This document shows, piece by piece, positions 35,885 to 47,690 of a DNA stretch of 64,000 nucleotides. The position numbers and the translations under genes were made by a program. The number at the start of each line of letters is the position of its first letter. The stretch's first letter is position 1. The stretch spans positions 1 through 64,000 of the forward strand of contig NIVC01002813.1 of the NCBI GenBank assembly GCA_002269645.1, written 5' to 3'. Below the pieces are notes generated by a model, which worked only from the letters and a program-made list of their open reading frames with translations, was not told the DNA's origin and did not search any database. This DNA comes from Macrostomum lignano (taxonomy: Eukaryota).

Positions 35885-36420
35885 TGGGGTGGGTTTGGGT
35901 GTGGGTTGGAGTGGGTAGTTATTTGGTGGGGTTTGGGTTTGGGTGTGGGTTGGAGTGGCTGGATATTGGGATTGGGTTTGGGTTTGGGTGTGGGTTGGAG
36001 TGGGTGGATATTGGGGTGGGGTTTGGGTTTGGGTGTGGGTTGGAGTGGCTGGATATTGGGATTGGGTTTGGGTGTGGGTGTGGGTTGGAGTGAGTGGATA
36101 TTGGGGTGGGATTTGGGTTTGGGTGTGGGTTTGAGTGGGTGGATATTGGGGTGGGGTTTGGGTGTGGGTTTGAGTGGATGGATATTGGGGTGGGGTTTGG
36201 GTGTGGGTTTGGGTGAGTGGATATTGGGGTGGGGTTTGGGTGTGGGTTTGAGTGGATGGATATTGGGGTGGGGTTTGGGTGTGGGTTTGGGTGAGTGGAT
36301 ATTGGGGTCGGGTTTGAGTGTGGGTTGGAGTGGGTGGATATTGGGGTGGGGTTTGGGTGTGGGTTGGAGTGGGTAGTTATTTTGTGGGTTGGAGTGGCTG
36401 GATATTGGGAAGGGTTCAGG
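35885..36420. repeat. G-rich degenerate minisatellite (~32-44 bp units, GGG runs)
   Basis: Variants of GGGTTTGGGTGTGGGTTGGAGTGGGTGGATATTGGGGT. Confidence 0.9.
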
Positions 36421-36797
36421 CTGGGTGTGAGTGGGAGTCGGGTGGAGTTGAATGGCTATTTAGTTAGCGTGTACCAATATGCAAGTGCATTTTTCAAGCT
36501 AGAGCTTCAGTCATGGTTAATGACCTCAATTGCATGGCAGCGGAATTCCCATTAAGTGAAACACTCCGACCCCCCCCCCCCCAGTTTAGACACGCGGCGC
36601 TGTGTTTCCGTCTTCCTTGCTTCGAACTGCCAAGCCCCGTGCCGTTCCTATTTTCAAACGTGAAAATAATGGATTGCACCCGGCAGGAGGGGACAGAAAG
36701 TGAAAATTATGGGTGCAACTGCTTGCTGAAATGGATTTCGCTGTGACTTCACTCCTCCTTAACTTTTTTGCTTTCAAATTCAAAACGCCTTTGCCGC

Positions 36798-37700
36798 TCC
36801 TTGATTCACTCCCAATTTCTGTCACTCTCCTTGATTCACTCCCAATTTCTGTCACTCTCCCCGATTCACTCCAAATTTCTGTCACTCTCCTTGATTTGCT
36901 CCCAATCTCTGTCACTCTCCTTGATTCACTCCCAATCTCTGTCACTCTCCTTGATTCACTCCCAATTTCTGTCACTCTCCCCGATTCACTCTCAATCTCT
37001 GTCACTCTCCCTGATTCACTCTCAATCTCTGTCACTCTCCCTGATTCACTCCCAATCTCTGTCACTCTCTCTGATTCACTCCCAATCTCTGTCACTCTCC
37101 CTGATTCACTCCCAATCTCTGTCACTCTCTCTGATTCACTCCCAATCTCTGTCACTCTCCCCGATTCACTCCAATCTCTGTCACTCTCCGCGATTCACTC
37201 CCAATCTCTGTCACTCTCCCTGATTCACTCCCAATCTGTGTCACTCTCCCCGATTCACTCCCAATCTCTGTCACTCTCTCTGATTCGCTCCCAATCTCTG
37301 TCACTCTCTCTGATTCACTCCCAATCTCTGTCACTCTCCCTGATTCACTCCCAATCTCTGTCACTCTCTCTGATTCACTCCCAATCTCTGTCACTCTCTC
37401 TGATTCGCTCCCAATCTCTGTCACTCTCCTTGATTCACTCCCAATTTCTGTCACTCTCCCCGATTCACTCTCAATCTCTGTCACTCTCCCTGATTCACTC
37501 CCAATCTCTGTCACTCTCTCTGATTCACTCCCAATCTCTGTCACTCTCCCCGATTCACTCCCAATCTCTGTCACTCTCCTTGATTCACTCCCAATCTCTG
37601 TCACTCTCCCCGATTCACTCCCAATCTCTGTCACTCTCCCTGATTCACTCCCAATCTCTGTCACTCTCCCCGATTCACTCCCAATCTGTCACTTTCCCTG
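36798..37700. repeat. 30-bp minisatellite, ~30 copies
   Basis: Unit CCTGATTCACTCCCAATCTCTGTCACTCTC. Confidence 0.95.
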
Positions 37701-38110
37701 ATTCACCCTTACTAAAAGACAGTCAGCCAATCGACCTCTAGGCGCGGCGACCTCATAAATCACTCAGCCATTTGTTTCAGTTGCTGCCCACCCCTGTCAA
37801 CGCCGGTCTTTAGGCTGTTGACGGTGAAAAAAGTGCAACCGTCAGTTTTGAAGTTCGCGGAACTGTGCCAAGTATTAATATCAGCACCGCAGACTGGCCC
37901 CTGCCCACCAGTCTGTTGCCAGACGGTCAAATCCGAAGCAGGGTTTTGAGGTGAGGTGTTTAGCTAAAACTGCCTTCAAGTTTAGGCTACCAAAATGCGC
38001 GTCAACCTTAGAAAAAGGTAGAGAGAGCGAGGGAGAGATGGGCCGTCTGTTTGTGTAAGTTAGGATAATTGCAGCTGGGGCTCCGGGCTCGCTGACTGAA
38101 GCTCCTCATG

Positions 38111-38113
<3 letters not shown>

Positions 38114-38146
<33 letters not shown>

Positions 38147-38287
38147 GCATGACTGAAAGACGGACTTTCCGCTTTGGTGGCGCTTCTGGGTGCATCGGGG
38201 TGGGGCGCGCATTTCTGGGGAAATCAGGAGAGAGAGAGGGAGAGCGGGAGTGATTGGAAACAAGGGCAAACGGACTTGCTGCTTCAT

Positions 38288-38356
<69 letters not shown>
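38114..38356. repeat. (GGC)10 at 38114-38143 and (CA)34 at 38289-38356, in a GA/GC-rich promoter-like patch
   Basis: Direct inspection. Confidence 0.9.
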
Positions 38357-38359
<3 letters not shown>

Positions 38360-38854
38360 CGAATCTCCTCTCACCTCGCTAGCCGCCCCATTCAGGCCTG
38401 TCAGTTCCGATGCGTCAGTGGTCAGCGCGAGGGGAGTTTTAAAGGCAGGGAAAAGGAGAGAGAGATAGGGGGGGGGGTTAAAATGCTTAACCTCGAAAGG
38501 CTAAGAGCTGCCGCGGCCAAGCAGTCGGTCTGTCTCTCTCTCAGTCTCCCTGATCAACCGAATGCGGCAGCAGCGATGTTCGAATTCGCGCGTGCGCACA
38601 TCAGCTGAGTGAGCCGGCAGGTTGCTAAGCGCCACAGGTTGCGCAAAATTTTATTCTATTGATAATTGGAGTTGATGGAGCGCCTGGAGTCTGGGGTAAG
38701 TAGATTGGTCGCTGCGCCTTTTTTGATCTAGACGGAAATAACGCAATCTGTACTGCTGGGTCAAGTTAAAAAAAATTAAAATTGATAATTGTTTGTATGA
38801 ATGACAGCTGTCAGATTCAGCCTGAGGGGTGCTGTGTGAATATTGTACTTGAAT

Positions 38855-39325
38855 GGTGCCATTTGTACACTGACGGGTGCCATTTGTACACTGACGGGTG
38901 CCATTTGTACACTGACGGGTGCCATTTGTACACTGACAGATGCCATTTGTACACTGACGGGTGCCATTTGTACACTGACGGGTGCCATTTGTACACTGAC
39001 GGGTGCCATTTGTACACTGACGGGTGCCATTTGTACATTGACGGATGCCATTTGTACACTGACGGCTGCCATTTGTACACTGACGGGTGCCATTTGTACA
39101 CTGACGGGTGCCATTTGTACACTGACGGGTGCCATTTTATACACTGACGGATGCCATTTGTACACTGACGCATGCCATTTGTACACTGACAAGTGCCATT
39201 TGTACACTAGCGGGTGCCATTTGTACACTAGCGGGTACCATTTGAGCACTGACGGGTGCCATTTGTACACTAGCGGGTGCCATTTGAGCACTGACGGGTG
39301 CCATTTGTACACTGACGGGTGTCAT
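38855..39325. repeat. 21-bp minisatellite, ~22 copies
   Basis: Unit GGGTGCCATTTGTACACTGAC. Confidence 0.95.
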
Positions 39326-39364
39326 TTGATAATCAAATGAATGATGCCATTTTTAGTCTGAAGG

Positions 39365-40249
39365 ATGCCATTTGTAATGATCAATCTGAATATGGTGTTA
39401 TTTGTAATCAATCTGAATATGGTGCCATTTGTAATCAATCTGAATATGGTGCCATTTGTAATCAATCTGAATATGGTGCCATTTGTAATCAATCTGAATA
39501 TGGTGCCATTTGTAATTAATCTGAATATGGTGCCATCTGTAATTAATCTGAATATAGTGCCATTTGTAATAATTCTGAATATGGTGCCATTTGTAATCAA
39601 TCTGAATATAGTGCCATCTGTAATCAATCTGAATATAGTGCCATTTGTAATCAATCTGAATATAGTGCCATTTGTAATAATTCTGAATATGGTGCCATTT
39701 GTAATCAATCTGAATATAGTGCCATCTGTAATCAATCTGAATATGGTGCCATTTGTAATCAATCTGAATATAGTGCCATTTGTAATCAATCTGAATATAG
39801 TGCCATTTGTAATCAATCTGAATATAGTGCCATTTGTAATAATTCTGAATATGGTGCCATTTGTAATCAATCTGAATATAGTGCCATCTGTAATCAATCT
39901 GAATATGGTGCCATTTGTAATCAATCTGAATATAGTGCCATTTGTAATCAATCTGAATATAGTGCCATCTGTAATCAATCTGAATATAGTGCCATTTGTA
40001 ATCAATCTGAATATAGTGCCATCTGTAATCAATCTGAATATAGTGCCATCTGTAATCAATCTGAATATAGTGCCATCTGTAATCAATCTGAATATAGTGC
40101 CATCTGTAATCAATCTGAATATAGTGCCATTTGTAATCAATCTGAATATGGTGCCATCTGTAATCAATCTGAATATAGTGCCATTTGTAATCAATCTGAA
40201 TATAGTGCCATCTGTAATCAATCTGAATATGGTGCCATTTGTAATCAAT
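39365..40249. repeat. 27-bp minisatellite, ~33 copies
   Basis: Unit (G/A)GTGCCAT(T/C)TGTAATCAATCTGAATAT. Confidence 0.95.
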
Positions 40250-41135
40250 GGGTAGGCTGTAATCCGATGTTGGAACGTTTTAATTAAATCTTCAGCGTGC
40301 CATCTGTAGCAGTTCTGGCGGATAAGATTAGATTTTGAGGCTATCCAGTGAAGCAATAAAGCAGTATCTGCTCAGGAAAGCTCTCAGAATTATTTGTGAG
40401 CAAAAGCCGGGCTCTCATTATTTGCAGCTTCTGAGCCTCAGCTGCGAGTCACTCCAGAGGGATATTGAATTTGGAATTTGAATTCAAAGTCGCAAATTGA
40501 TTGACTTGAATCGCTCAAATTAAAAAAGCGCGGAAAGTATTGAAAACAGAAAGTATCAGTCTGTTTATATAAATTAATTCCCTTCTTCTATCTCTCCAGC
40601 GTATTTCCTTTACACTGATAAATTTTTCAGTCAATTTTTTTGGAATTAATTTTATTCCAGTCATTCAGTCATTCCTTTAGGGTGGGACTTGGCCCGAATA
40701 CTGCACAAGCCCCCAGGTGCTGGGAGCACACGGATTCGAACCCGGGACTTTGGCGGTCCCATTCGATTGATGTCAAATATTTTACAGTAGAAAATGCGAG
40801 TTGCTTTGATTCAATTATCGTATACAGGAAACTGAAGTGAGCTGAAGAGAACAGCACAGCCCTTCAGCTGAGCCAATTCTTTGGAAAATTAAATTAAAAA
40901 CGTCTGGGACAACACGGCACGACAAGGGCGTAGATTTCATGCTTGCTTTTCTAGTCTCCAAATTAAATATGGCTGGGGTGAGTCTGTTCAGGATAAAAGT
41001 CCACTTGAAGGCAGAAAAGAGCCCAATAAAACTAGGAGTTGTGGCCTCGAAAGTTCTGAAACGACAGGGCTATTAAAAATGGTAAGCACTCAACTGTGCA
41101 GTGTTTTAAATAGTGACTCTTGTTAGTACGAAACT

Positions 41136-42365
41136 GCGGAGACTGCATCGGAGTCTCAGGACTGCATCGGAGAGTCTCAGGACTGCATCGGAGAGTCCCA
41201 GGACTACATCGGGGAGTCTCAGGACTGACTGCATTGGAGTCTCAGGACTGCATCGGAGAGTCTCAGGACTGTCTCAGGACTGCATCTGAGTCTCAGGACT
41301 GCATCGGAGTCTCAGGACTGCATCGGAGTCTCAGGACTGCATCGGAGTCTCAGGACTGCATCGGAGAGTCTCAGGACTGTATGGGAATCTCAGGATCTCA
41401 AGGACTGTCTCAGGACTGTATGGGAATCTCAGGAACTCAAGGACTGTCTCAGGACTGCATCAGAGTCTCAGGACTGCATCGGAGAGTCTCAGGACTGTCT
41501 CAGGACTGCATCTGAGTCTCAGGACTGCATCGGAGTCTCAGGACTGCATCGGAGTCTCAGGACTGCATCGGAGTCTCAGGACTGCATCGGAGAGTCTCAG
41601 GACTGTATGGGAATCTCAGGATCTCAAGGACTGTCTCAGGACTGTATGGGAATCTCAGGAACTCAAGGACTGTCTCAGGACTGCATCAGAGTCTCAGGAC
41701 TGCATCGGAGAGTCTCAGGACTGCATCGGAGAGTCTCAAGACTTTATGGGAATCTCAGAATCTCAAGGACTGTCTCAGGACTGCATCGAGTCTCAGGACT
41801 GCATCGGAGAGTCTCAGGACTTCATCGGAGTCTCAGGACTGTCTCAGGACTGCATCGGAGTCTCAGGACTGCATCGGAGAGTCTCAGGACTGCATCGGAG
41901 TCTCAGGACTGCATCGGAGTCTCAGGATGCATCGGAGAGTCTCAGGACTTTATGGGAATCTCAGGATCTCAAGGACTGTCTCAGGACTGCATCGGAGTCT
42001 CATGACTGTCTCAGGACTGCATCGGAGTCTCATGACTGTCTCAGGACTGCATCGGAGTCTCATGACTGTCTCAGGACTGCATCGGAGTCTCATGACTGTC
42101 TCAGGACTGCATCGGAGTCTCATGACTGTCTCAGGACTGCATCGGAGTCTCAGAAATGCATCGGAGTCTCAGAAATGCATCTGAGTCTCAGAAATGCATC
42201 GGAGTCTCAGAAATGCATCGGAGTCTCAGGACTGTCTTAGAAATGCATCGGAGTCTCAGGAATGTCTTAGAAATGCATCGGAGTCTCAGGACTGTCTTAG
42301 AAATGCATCGGAGTCTCAGGACTGCATCGGAATCTCAGGACTGCATCGGAGAGTCTCAGGACAGT
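41136..42365. repeat. Modular TCTCAGGAC minisatellite, locus 2
   Basis: Same modules as 33534-34821, plus locus-specific variants (TATGGGAATCTCAGGA, TCTCATGAC, TCTCAGAAATGC). Confidence 0.95.
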
Positions 42366-43456
42366 CTTGGCCATAGACAAATGGAGCGGCAAAAGAAAAT
42401 GTAACTTGAAATTACATGTAGTAAATTTTTTAACCAACCGCTACTCAAGTGCCCAGTGCCTTGAATCTTTACAAGACACTCCAACCGCCGTCCACAGCTG
42501 TGCTAGTACTAGACAAAGTGCCTCTGCACTGAATTATATTTAAGTGTACAAGTAATTCAGTTTGCTGCGATTACTGGACGCGCTTGAACTTTACTGCGCA
42601 GCCATAGCAGTATCTTCCAGCTTCTGGCGCGGCCGCAATCCGTGGGTCAACTGCTGCCGCGGGTGAGGAAGTCCTCGCAGAAAATTTTGTTACACCGCTA
42701 TCCTATTTGTTTGTCTTGTCGTGACTTGCAGCAGCTTCAGAAGGCTGAGCCAAAGCTCCTCATTGGCTGCTCAGTGTGATACTCGTATTTCTTCAACGTT
42801 TCGATCACCGTTATAACCAGCCAGCCCGTATCGCAAAGCGACATCGCCGATCAAGGAGAGGCTGGACCGCTTCCTCATCAGTTTTTCTATTCTAAACTAT
42901 GCGCTGCAGCCTCTTCAGATCCTAATCTGCTGTCCGCTAGACCGGGTCACCGATCTCCTTCTCACGAAGAATTTCCTCCGCGATAGTCTCTTCCTGACTT
43001 CGTACTTTCTTAAGACCGTCTCTCTATGCATCGGAACCGTTCGGGAAATTCTCCTTTTCCCCATTCGCCATCATCTGCAGAGATTTCCTAGGGAGGCTGA
43101 AAATATGCGGCCGGGCATGAGCGAGAAAAAGAATTTGCAGTTTCAAACGGCCGTCATGCTTTCGGGGGCCAAGTGCCTTCTGCTGGGTTCTGGACCTGCT
43201 GTGTTGACATGGCAACCTAGAAAGATGAAAGCGGCCAGGAAAATGAAGAATAATAATAATAGGCTGGGGTCAGGCTGAGCTGAGGTCTAATTGCTTTCAT
43301 GTTGCAGATTCTGCGGTCAGGTGAAACTCGAATACCGCATCCTTGCGCAGTTTCTTTGGGCTCGCAAGGCCGATACAATTTTTTGTATTTCTTCGACATT
43401 TTAAAGCTTTGAACAGAATTGCTGCATTCAGCAGACAAAATGGAAAGATCAACAAA

Positions 43457-43709
43457 GCTGCAGTGATATTCAGTCCCGTGTGCATCCATTGGGAGTCCAG
43501 GCTGCAGTGACATTCAGTCCCGTGTGCATCCATTGGGAGTCCAGGCTGCAGTGACATTCAGTCCCGTAGGCATCCATTGGGAGTCCAGGCTGCAGTGACA
43601 TTCAGTCCCGTGTGCATCCATTGGGAGTCCAGGCTGCAGTGACATTCAGTCCCGTGTGCATCCATTGGGAGTCCAGGCTGCAGTGACATTCAGTCCCGTA
43701 GGCATCCAA
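43457..43709. repeat. 44-bp minisatellite, ~6 copies
   Basis: Unit GTCCAGGCTGCAGTGACATTCAGTCCCGTGTGCATCCATTGGGA; unrelated to the 11-kb 44-mer. Confidence 0.95.
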
Positions 43710-44746
43710 TGTAAGTTCAAGCTAGAAATGTTTCCGAGATTCCCTGGAGTCTGCTTATAATGAATGCCAAGAACTGAGTGATTTTCACAGACATAGAATT
43801 TCTACTTTTTTTAGGTTTCAAGTCACTGAAATTGCCTACTTTTTTAAAAATAAATTTTGTGTTGCTCAAAGCTCTTTCATCAGTGGCTTCTTCTCAAAGT
43901 CTTCTGGCAAGCAAAATTGTTTATCAAAATTAAACTGCGCATCCTTTAATTAAGAATCCCGGTTTATGTATCTCTTCATTCATAGTTGTTCAGCTCCCAC
44001 AGGCCTGACAACAAGGCGGCCTGACAGCATATGAATCAAATGCTCACAGTCATGGTCAGCAATTATCATATGCACACGCATGCTGGGGGGGGGTAGACAG
44101 TCGTGTTCAGGCAGTTGACCGGCATCCAGCAGTGAGATGGTCCAACCAGGACTGAGGCCGCATCCGGGCCAGAGAAAAATAGGTAACTCAGCCATAGCTC
44201 TGGCGATGCCACACAGACATGCTGCTCAGAGCAGGGCCGGGGACCCGACTCGTCCCCTCATCCCGCCTTTTTCGAGATCCTCACCGACACCTCCCTTTCT
44301 CCCTCCCTCTCTCCCTCCCTTCCTCGCAGCGGATTAGCAGGCAAAGCCGGCATATCCTCATAAACTGAATCGCTCCCGATCGCCGCTCTTGTCTCGCCAC
44401 AGAGCCGCTGTCCACCCCCACCGCTTCGCCACGCTCCCTGACTCGAGCTGGCAAATCACATCGTTTCTCTTTGCAAGGCCTCCTCTTCTCCTCTCCTCTC
44501 CGAATGTTGTGTTTTCCCCAGCCCAGCTGGGATAAAAGTCTGGCGATCGCAGCTTTACCCCCTCCGGCTAATGCTCCGCCTGCATTGACTGCAAGCGACT
44601 GGTCTCTCAAAGAGTCGCAAATTGGCCGCGAAATCCGTCAAGACGGCCGAATCGGCCCAGCTGACGACGGCATGCGAAACAGCGGAACCGGCTGATCGGC
44701 TGAACCAAATTGTAAGACAAGTTCCCGATGCTGGGGTCTACAGGAG

Positions 44747-45052
44747 GGGGGTCCGTAGCCCAGTGGTCCAGCACGGTGCTCTGGTGTGCTAGCGGCCCAG
44801 GCTCGATTCCAAGTGCAGTCACATTAATTTGGAGCTAAACTGGAATCTCGGCTTGGCTCTGCTCGTGCAATTAACGGCACAGAGAAGTGTACATACCCAG
44901 CTACCTACCAGTGCGTATGACTGCGTACGCATCCGCGCGCTGCTCTGGGGAGTCGGCGGAATGGGCGGCAGTAATGCCTCTCGCCGGTTGTGTGACAATG
45001 TCGCTTAAAGTGCAGTGCGCCAGGGTGCACGCGGCCCCCGCCTCTGATAAAT
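44747..45052 (+). mobile_element. tRNA-derived SINE, copy 2, with 13-bp TSD
   Basis: A box TAGCCCAGTGG and B box GGCTCGATTCC. Flanked by GGGTCTACAGGAG at 44734-44746 and 45053-45065. Confidence 0.9.
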
Positions 45053-45382
45053 GGGTCTACAGGAGCTACCTGGCTGCGAAACTGAGGTACTCACCTGCTC
45101 TAGAGACGAAGCGCAGTCGAGATCGCAAAGCCTTCCGGATTAGCGGTTGATATCTAGGAGCCCGAAGACTTGTAGGACAGAAAAGCTGCCAGGCGTTGCA
45201 TGCTCCTTGGGCTTAGACAGACATCATGGCTGCGCTCCTGCCACCATCTCGAGCTGCAGCTGAATAAACAGACGCTGAGTTTTAATAAGTGCAGCAGAGA
45301 AGCTGAGGATGAAGTTGCTATAAATAGAACTGTCCCTGATCAGTAAGACTTGCTGAGATTGTTTGAATAACTCGGTTTGAGC

Positions 45383-47690
45383 CAGGTGTAGCTTGTTGTG
45401 AGTTGGGTGTAGCTTGTTGTGAGTTGGGTGTAGCTTGTTGTGAGTTGGGTGTAGCTTGTTGTGAGTTGGGTGTAGCTTGTTGTGAGTTGGGTGTAGCTTG
45501 TTGTGAGTTGGGTGTAGCTTGTTGTGAGTTGAGTGTAGCTTGTTGTGAGTTGGGTGTAGCTTGTTGTGAGTTGGGTGTAGCTTGTTGTGAGTTGGGTGTA
45601 GCTTGTGAGTTGGGTGTAGCTTGTTGTGAGTTGGGTGTAGCTTGTTGTGAGTTGGGTGTAGCTTGTTGTGAGTTGGTTGTAGCTTGTGATTTGGGTGTAG
45701 CTTGTGAGTTGGGCGTTGCTTGTTGTGAGTTGGGTGTAGCTTGTGAGTTGGGTGTAGCTTGTGAGTTGGGTGTAGCTTGTTGTGAGTTGGGTGTAGCTTG
45801 TTGTGAGTTGGGTGTAGCTTGTTGTGAGTTGGGTGTAGCTTGTTGTGAGTTGGATGTAGCTTGTTGTGAGTTGGGTGTAGCTTGTTGTGAGTTGGGTGTA
45901 GCTTGTTGTGAGTTGGGTGTAGCTTGTTGTGAGTTGGGTGTAGCTTGTTGTGAGTTGGGTGTAGCTTGTTGTGAGTTGGGTGTAGCTTGTTGTGAGTTAG
46001 GTGTAGCTTGTTGTGAGTTGGGTGTAGCTTGTTGTGAGTTGGGTGTAGCTTGTTGTGAGTTGGGTGTAGCTTGTTGTGAGTTGGGTGTAGCTTGTTGTGA
46101 GTTGGGTGTAGCTTGTTGTGAGTTGGGTGTAGCTTGTTGTGAGTTGGGTGTAGCTTGTTGTGAGTTGGGTGTAGCTTGTTGTGAGTTGGGTGTAGCTTGT
46201 TGTGAGTTGGGTGTAGCTTGTTGTGAGTTGGGTGTAGCTTGTTGTGAGTTGAGTGTAGCTTGTTGTGAGTTGGGTGTAGCTTGTTGTGAGTTGAGTGTAG
46301 CTTGTTGTGAGTTGGGTGTAGCTTGTTGTGAGTTGGGTGTAGCTTGTTGTGAGTTGGGTGTAGCTTGTTGTGAGTTGGGTGTAGCTTGTTGTGAGTTGGG
46401 TGTAGCTTGTTGTGAGTTGGGTGTAGCTTGTTGTGAGTTGGGTGTAGCTTGTTGTGAGTTGGGTGTAGCTTGTTGTGAGTTGGGTGTAGCTTGTTGTGAG
46501 TTGGGTGTAGCTTGTGAGTTGGGTGTAGCTTGTTGTGAGTTGGGTGTAGCTTGTTGTGAGTTGGGTGTAGCTTGTTGTGAGTTGGTTGTAGCTTGTGATT
46601 TGGGTGTAGCTTGTGAGTTGGGCGTTGCTTGTTGTGAGTTGGGTGTAGCTTGTGAGTTGGGTGTAGCTTGTGAGTTGGGTGTAGCTTGTTGTGAGTTGGG
46701 TGTAGCTTGTTGTGAGTTGGGTGTAGCTTGTTGTGAGTTGAGTGTAGCTTGTTGTGAGTTGGGTGTAGCTTGTTGTGAGTTGGGTGTAGCTTGTTGTGAG
46801 TTGAGTGTAGCTTGTTGTGAGTTGGGTGTAGCTTGTTGTGAGTTGAGTGTAGCTTGTTGTGAGTTGGGTGTAGCTTGTTGTGAGTTGGGTGTAGCTTGTT
46901 GTGAGTTGGGTGTAGCTTGTTGTGAGTTGAGTGTAGCTTGTTGTGAGTTGGGTGTAGCTTGTTGTGAGTTGGGTGTAGCTTGTTGTGAGTTGGGTGTAGC
47001 TTGTGAGTTGGGTGTAGCTTGTTGTGAGTTGGGTGTAGCTTGTTGTGAGTTGGGTGTAGCTTGTTGTGAGTTGGTTGTAGCTTGTGATTTGGGTGTAGCT
47101 TGTGAGTTGGGCGTTGCTTGTTGTGAGTTGGGTGTAGCTTGTGAGTTGGGTGTAGCTTGTGAGTTGGGTGTAGCTTGTTGTGAGTTGGGTGTAGCTTGTT
47201 GTGAGTTGGGTGTAGCTTGTTGTGAGTTGAGTGTAGCTTGTTGTGAGTTGGGTGTAGCTTGTTGTGAGTTGGGTGTAGCTTGTTGTTAGTTGGGTGTTGC
47301 TTGTTGTGAGTTGAGTGTAGCTTGTTGTGAGTTGAGTGTAGCTTGTTGTGAGTTGGGTGTAGCTTGTGAGTTGGGTGTAGCTTGTGAGTTGGGTGTAGCT
47401 TGTTGTGAGTTGGGTGTAGCTTGTTGTGAGTTGGGTGTAGCTTGTTGTGAGTTGGGTGTTGCTTGTTGTGAGTTGGGTGTAGCTTGTTGTGAGTTAGGTG
47501 TAGCTTGTTGTGAGTTGGTTGTAGCTTGTTGTGAGTTGGGTGTAGCTTGTGAGTTGGTTGTTGGTTGTTGTGAGTTGAGTGTAGCTTGTTGTGAGTTGAG
47601 TGTAGCTTGTTGTGAGTTGGTTGTAGCTTGTTGTGAGTTGGTTGTAGCTTGGTGTGAGTTGGGGTAGCTTGATGTGAGTTGGGGTAGCTT
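45383..47690. repeat. 21-bp (and 18-bp variant) G/T-rich minisatellite, >100 units
   Basis: Unit GAGTTGGGTGTAGCTTGTTGT; the 18-mer lacks one TGT. Confidence 0.97.

Noticed and set aside
40712-40760. tRNA on the minus strand (GGGTTCGAATCC B box)
   Set aside because: There is no A box, D arm or acceptor stem; at most a SINE or tRNA fragment.
45383-47690. Telomeric or telomerase-added repeat
   Set aside because: No TTAGGG units, the array is interstitial, and both ends decay gradually into unique sequence.
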